64,000 nucleotides of DNA from contig JAGIQG010000012.1 of NCBI GenBank assembly GCA_024679065.1, positions 87,110,001 to 87,174,000 of the forward strand. The letters run 5' to 3'. Source of the stretch: Sphyrna mokarran. Taxonomy: Eukaryota. Position 1 is the stretch's first letter. Each line of letters opens with the position of its first letter. Of this stretch, positions 61,501-64,000 are shown piece by piece. Both the position numbers and the translations under genes were made by a program. The notes beneath the pieces were generated by a model, which searched no databases, was not told the origin of the DNA, and worked only from the letters and a program-made list of their open reading frames with translations.

Positions 61501-62579
61501 ACAGGTTTAAGGTGCTGGGCAGCAAATACAGAGGAGATGTTAGTGGTAAGTTTTTCACTCAGAGGGTGATGAGTGAATGGAATCGGCTGCCGTTGGTGGT
61601 GGTAGAGGCGAACTCGTTGGGGTCTTTTAAAAGACTTCTGGATGAGTATATGGGATTAAATGGGATTGGGAGTTACAGATAGTTCTAGGGCCTGGTAGGT
61701 ATGGATATGACCATTACAATTTGTGGGCCAAAGGGCCTGTTTGTGCTGTAGTGTTCTATGTTCTATTTTGGGATGGGATCTCCTAGGTGTAACTAATGGT
61801 GGGATTATTCCAGGTGCAGTTTGGGATGGGATAATCTGCGTGTAGTTTGGGATGGGAATATTCTGGATGTTGTTTGGGATGGGAATATTCTGGATGTAGT
61901 TTGGAATGAGATTATTCCGAGTGTAGTTTGGGATGGGATTATTCCGAGTGTAGTTTGGGATGGGATTATTCCGGGTGTAGTTTGGGATGGGATTATTCCG
62001 GGTGTAGTTTGGGATGGGATTATTCCGGGTGTAGTTTGGAACACGAGTTATTCTGGATGTAACTTGGGATGCTATTCTTCCAGGTATAGTTTGGGATGGG
62101 ATATTCTGGGTGTAGATTAGGATGGGTGTAATCTGGGTTTACATTGAAGGGATGTGGTGATTGTCCTTTTAAGGATCATACCTCACTGTAACCATGACCA
62201 AGGAGATCAGTCAAGGACCAGGGTCAGGGATGATCTTGGTAAGTGGGGGCTCTGTACACAGACTCATGCCGGGGGCTGACGGCAGCTAGGTGGCAAGAAG
62301 CCTCGGCATCGTTTAATCCAATAATAAACAAGTTGTGTGGTTTGGCAGGATGATTTAGGAGTGGGGATTTGGCAGTTTGATTGGGTTGGGGATGTAGTTT
62401 GTGGGGGGAGAGTGTCTCTCCCCAGGTAGTAAAATCCTCTGTGTCTCGTCATGTTTCAGCTAGACGAGGGAGAATTGTTTTACGCCGACCTCCAGTTCCT
62501 CCATCAGAAAAGCAGAACGTCAACACCTTTGGACACTGAGGAGACGACTGTTTATGCTGCTGTTAAATACTCCCAGTGA
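31463..62579 (+). CDS. Multi-exon gene: inhibitory Ig-superfamily receptor with three germline-joined VJ-type domains (L-VJ-VJ-VJ-TM-cytoplasmic ITSM/ITIM/ITSM), ~478 aa; join(31463..31508,37268..37621,43531..43875,47548..47895,55168..55303,56997..57040,59452..59495,62460..62579)
   Basis: All exons have AG/GT boundaries. Intron phases are 1,1,1,1,2,1,0. Exon lengths 46+354+345+348+136+44+44+120 = 1437 nt = 479 codons, open from ATG to TGA. Confidence 0.88.
31700..31985 (-). mobile_element. V-SINE with duplicated tRNA head
   Basis: Two CACGG/TACGGTGACACAGTGGTTAACA heads in tandem, followed by the V core. Confidence 0.75.
32221..32622. mobile_element. MITE-like element with internally amplified 27/81-bp GC-rich tandem repeat
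   Basis: AGCTGGCATTCTCCGACC ... GGCCGGAGAATTCCAGCT terminal inverted repeats; GCTGG(G/A)ATTCTCCGG repeats every 27 bp. Confidence 0.6.
33518..34835. repeat. 19-21 bp minisatellite (CACAGTCCCAACACTGAGACA) with ~492-bp higher-order duplication
   Basis: Direct reading; ORFs 33518-34000 and 34007-34492 are near-identical. Confidence 0.95.
35730..36270 (+). mobile_element. Old LINE APE-endonuclease relic with SINE head inserted at ~35895-35985
   Basis: Reads [30 protein letters not shown] across frameshifts. Confidence 0.6.
36720..37230 (+). mobile_element. CR1 3' fragment ending just before the V1 acceptor
   Basis: [26 protein letters not shown]. Confidence 0.85.
37268..37621 (+). CDS. Exon 2, V domain 1 with joined J-like strand
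   Basis: Acceptor tctctttacag|. Encodes [45 protein letters not shown]. Donor A|GTGAGT. Confidence 0.93.
38056..42279 (+). mobile_element. Near full-length CR1 LINE (ORF1 esterase + ORF2 EN/RT; 640-aa open RT portion) nested in an older CR1 fragment (37955-38055 and 42280-42680)
   Basis: GDSIVRG esterase motif, [11 protein letters not shown] motifs (FADD changed to FAND), (GTTCTAT)n tail; host LINE resumes in register on both sides. Confidence 0.93.
39578..39700 (+). mobile_element. 123-bp Penelope-end insertion with 9-bp target-site duplication ATGGAAGTT
   Basis: ATGGAAGTT at 39569-39577 and 39701-39709; insert homologous to 2810-2884 and 29266-29342. Confidence 0.8.
43531..43875 (+). CDS. 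Exon 3, V domain 2 with joined J-like strand
   Basis: Acceptor tttcctttaaag|. Encodes [46 protein letters not shown]. Donor A|GTAAGT. Confidence 0.93.
45429..46189. mobile_element. Probable solo LTR (TG...CA, 4-bp TSD CACT)
   Basis: CACT|TGT...GTCA|CACT; diverged second copy at 57181-57995. Confidence 0.65.
46360..46610. repeat. AT-rich low-complexity tract
   Basis: ~250 bp almost exclusively A/T. Confidence 0.9.
46655..47215 (+). mobile_element. CR1 3' fragment
   Basis: [20 protein letters not shown] motif plus UTR. Confidence 0.8.
47548..47895 (+). CDS. Exon 4, V domain 3 with joined J-like strand
   Basis: Acceptor ttcccacccacag|. Encodes [46 protein letters not shown]. Donor G|GTAAGT. 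Confidence 0.93.
48044..48789 (+). mobile_element. Young CR1 3' portion inserted in an older LINE tail
   Basis: 223-aa ORF almost identical to the C-terminus of 4888-5958. Confidence 0.92.
49162..50068 (-). mobile_element. Young CR1 3' portion nested in an older CR1 3' end (48980-49161, 50069-50310)
   Basis: KFADD to C-terminus, (ATAGAAC)n tail; host resumes at ATTTTGGCATC. Confidence 0.9.
51170..52822 (+). mobile_element. Internally deleted old CR1 (ORF1 esterase, EN start, RT end) with young antisense CR1 3' end at 52451-52743
   Basis: [25 protein letters not shown], then a jump to [12 protein letters not shown]. Confidence 0.8.
51509..51623 (+). pseudogene. Isolated internal fragment of a V2-type exon inserted in a CR1 relic
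   Basis: Matches ~43637-43750 (DVx[30 protein letters not shown]), no splice sites. Confidence 0.88.
53496..53640 (+). mobile_element. V-SINE fragment
   Basis: CACGGTGGCTCAGTGG..GGTTCGATTCC head plus V core. Confidence 0.7.
55168..55303 (+). CDS. Exon 5, stalk + transmembrane helix (E)[44 protein letters not shown](R)
   Basis: Acceptor ctcttacag|, ~24 uncharged hydrophobic residues followed by KK, phase-2 donor CG|GTAAAT. Confidence 0.88.
55620..56083 (+). mobile_element. Rex1/Babar-like LINE 3' end (related tails at ~44237-44410 and 47990-48870, minus)
   Basis: C-terminus [25 protein letters not shown]; (AAATC)n tail. Confidence 0.65.
56997..57040 (+). CDS. Exon 6, cytoplasmic (R)[14 protein letters not shown](G), ITSM-like TVYAHV
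   Basis: Polypyrimidine acceptor ctttctgtctgctttgcccag|, donor G|GTAAGA; phase fits exons 5 and 7. Confidence 0.8.
57181..57995. mobile_element. Second diverged LTR-like copy
   Basis: Shares GTGTTTT.TGAAGTTA, AATTAGCATAACT, GCTAGCTATCTCTGTTGTTCCAA and CATCCTGCAG with 45429-46189. Confidence 0.6.
58287..59168. repeat. 33-bp tandem repeat CAGCACTGACCCTCTGACAGTGCGGC(A/G)CTCCCT, ~27 copies
   Basis: Direct reading; 11-aa periodic ORFs. Confidence 0.97.
59452..59495 (+). CDS. Exon 7, cytoplasmic (G)[14 protein letters not shown]
   Basis: Acceptor cttctcttatttcag|, donor GTG|GTAAG; phase 1 in, phase 0 out. Confidence 0.78.
60183..60345 (+). mobile_element. Young CR1 extreme 3' end
   Basis: Matches 48626-48789. 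Confidence 0.85.
60850..62140. repeat. 30-bp minisatellite (TTTGGGATGGGATTATTCCGGGTGTAG-like) interrupted by a CR1 3' fragment at ~61216-61765
   Basis: Repeat units on both sides of a LINE piece similar to 41718-42279. Confidence 0.88.
62460..62579 (+). CDS. Exon 8, [43 protein letters not shown] (LFYADL) + ITSM (TVYAAV)
   Basis: Acceptor atgtttcag|, phase 0, two consensus tyrosine motifs, TGA at 62577-62579. Confidence 0.88.
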   Translation, partial: LDEGELFYADLQFLHQKSRTSTPLDTEETTVYAAVKYSQ

Positions 62580-62786
62580 ATGGACATCAATTCTTCAATA
62601 CGTCACTCTGTTTGGATAAAGAGCAGTGTTTGCAGCCGTTAACTCCTCCAGCAGCCAGACTCACTCCTCGATTATCACAATATTCTGATGATAAATTTGT
62701 GTAACAGTTATTTGTGAATTCACCCAATGAAGCTGATTCCTGATCGACTATATAGATACACCCCCAGGATAGGCAGGCCAGATAGA

Positions 62787-62953
62787 CCCAGCACTGGAAC
62801 AGAGTCCCAGGATAGTGAAGCCAGTGCCCAGCGCTGGAACAGAGTCCCAGGATAGTGAGGCCAGTGCCCAGCGCTGGAACAGAGTCCCAGGATAGTGAGG
62901 CCAGTGCCCAGCGCTGGAACAGAGTCCCAGGATAGTGAAGCCAGTGCCCAGCA
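62787..62953. repeat. 40-bp tandem repeat x~4 in the putative 3' UTR
   Basis: GAACAGAGTCCCAGGATAGTGA at 62797, 62837, 62877 and 62917. Confidence 0.92.
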
Positions 62954-63867
62954 CTAAAATCTTAATTTTAAATCAGCATCTCTGTGCTTATTGAGACTCC
63001 TGTCATTGGAAACAGTTTTTGCCTGTTTATTTCAAGTCTGCGCTAAATTAACAAAGGAGAATAATTCCCACTCATCAGCCTCTGCACATTTCTGATGTCC
63101 CTCATCCCTGGAATCATTCTAGTGAGCCCCCTCCAATGTGGGACTCCGATATGGACAACATTCCCCCTGCAGATATCCGCCAAATTATTAAGGCTCACCC
63201 AAGTCTTTGTGTTCACATCTCGATTAATGAAAACACATTCTATTTGCATTTTCACCAAGAGAAAAATGGTGTGGGTGAAATGAAAATAACTCTGCAGGTT
63301 TCCCAGCTCCACGTTGACAGGAGGAGGGTGAGTCGGGACAGAGAGGAAAATTCAGCATTATTGATATGTACAGATTTGTATGGGTAACACAAATTGCTAA
63401 ATCTGAATTATACTCTAACGTTCACAGTATATATGGTCAGAATCTCCACGCTCTTAAACCACGTGACAGACTTTTTTAATCTATTCATGGGACATGGCCC
63501 TCACCGATTGGCCAGTATTTATTGTCCATCCCTCATTGCCCTTGGAAATAGTTCAGAGTCAACCACATTGCTATGGCTCTGTTGTCGCAAAATGGTCAGA
63601 CCATGTAAGAACAGCAGATTTCTTTCCCTAAGGGAAATAGGTTTTTCCAACAATCAACAACAGTTTCATGGCCATCAGTAGATTCTTAATTCCAGATACC
63701 TTTTATTGAATTCAAATTCCACCGTCTGCCATGGCAGGCTTCGAACCTGGGTCCCCAGATCATTAGCTGAGTTTTTGGGTTAATAGTCTAGCAAAAATAC
63801 AATTAGGTCATTACCTCCTCAAGATATCACTCCAAACAGAAGCTACGGATTTCTCATCAACTTACTT

Positions 63868-63988
63868 GGGCGGCACGGTAGTACAGTGGTTAGCACTGCT
63901 GCTTCAGAGATCCCGGGATCTGGGTTCGATTCCCGGCTCGGGTCACTGTCTGTGTGGAGTTTGCACATTCTCCAGGTGCTCCAGTTTT
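63868..63988 (+). mobile_element. V-SINE fragment
   Basis: GGGCGGCACGGTAGTACAGTGGTTAGC..GGTTCGATTCC head. Confidence 0.75.
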
Positions 63989-64000
63989 AGATCTATAAAC

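Noticed and set aside
62580-63470. Polyadenylation signal for the receptor gene
   Set aside because: I found no convincing canonical AATAAA, so the 3' end is left undefined

Overview
Eukaryotic genomic DNA, most likely from a cartilaginous fish (shark-type CR1 LINEs with (ATAGAAC)n tails, tRNA-headed V-SINEs, Deu-type SINEs, Penelope ends). Most of the window is repeats, and most long ORFs are satellite or LINE artefacts. The main signal is a complete 8-exon plus-strand gene (31463-62579, predicted 478 aa) that can be assembled by hand with canonical GT-AG sites and consistent phases. It encodes a signal peptide, three tandem Ig V domains each with a germline-joined J-like G-x-G strand in a single exon, an uncharged transmembrane helix, and a cytoplasmic tail with ITSM-ITIM-ITSM motifs. 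This is a non-rearranging, antigen-receptor-like inhibitory immune receptor. A divergently oriented pseudogenised paralog (leader 4190-4241, V1 2603-3012, V2 913-1250, running off the left edge) lies ~27 kb away, across an ~8.6 kb 21-bp satellite. Secondary signals: a V2-exon fragment copied into a LINE, hammerhead-ribozyme-bearing Penelope ends, an inverted SINE pair, nested and chimeric CR1 elements, and a solo LTR. No gene symbol can be assigned without a database search.
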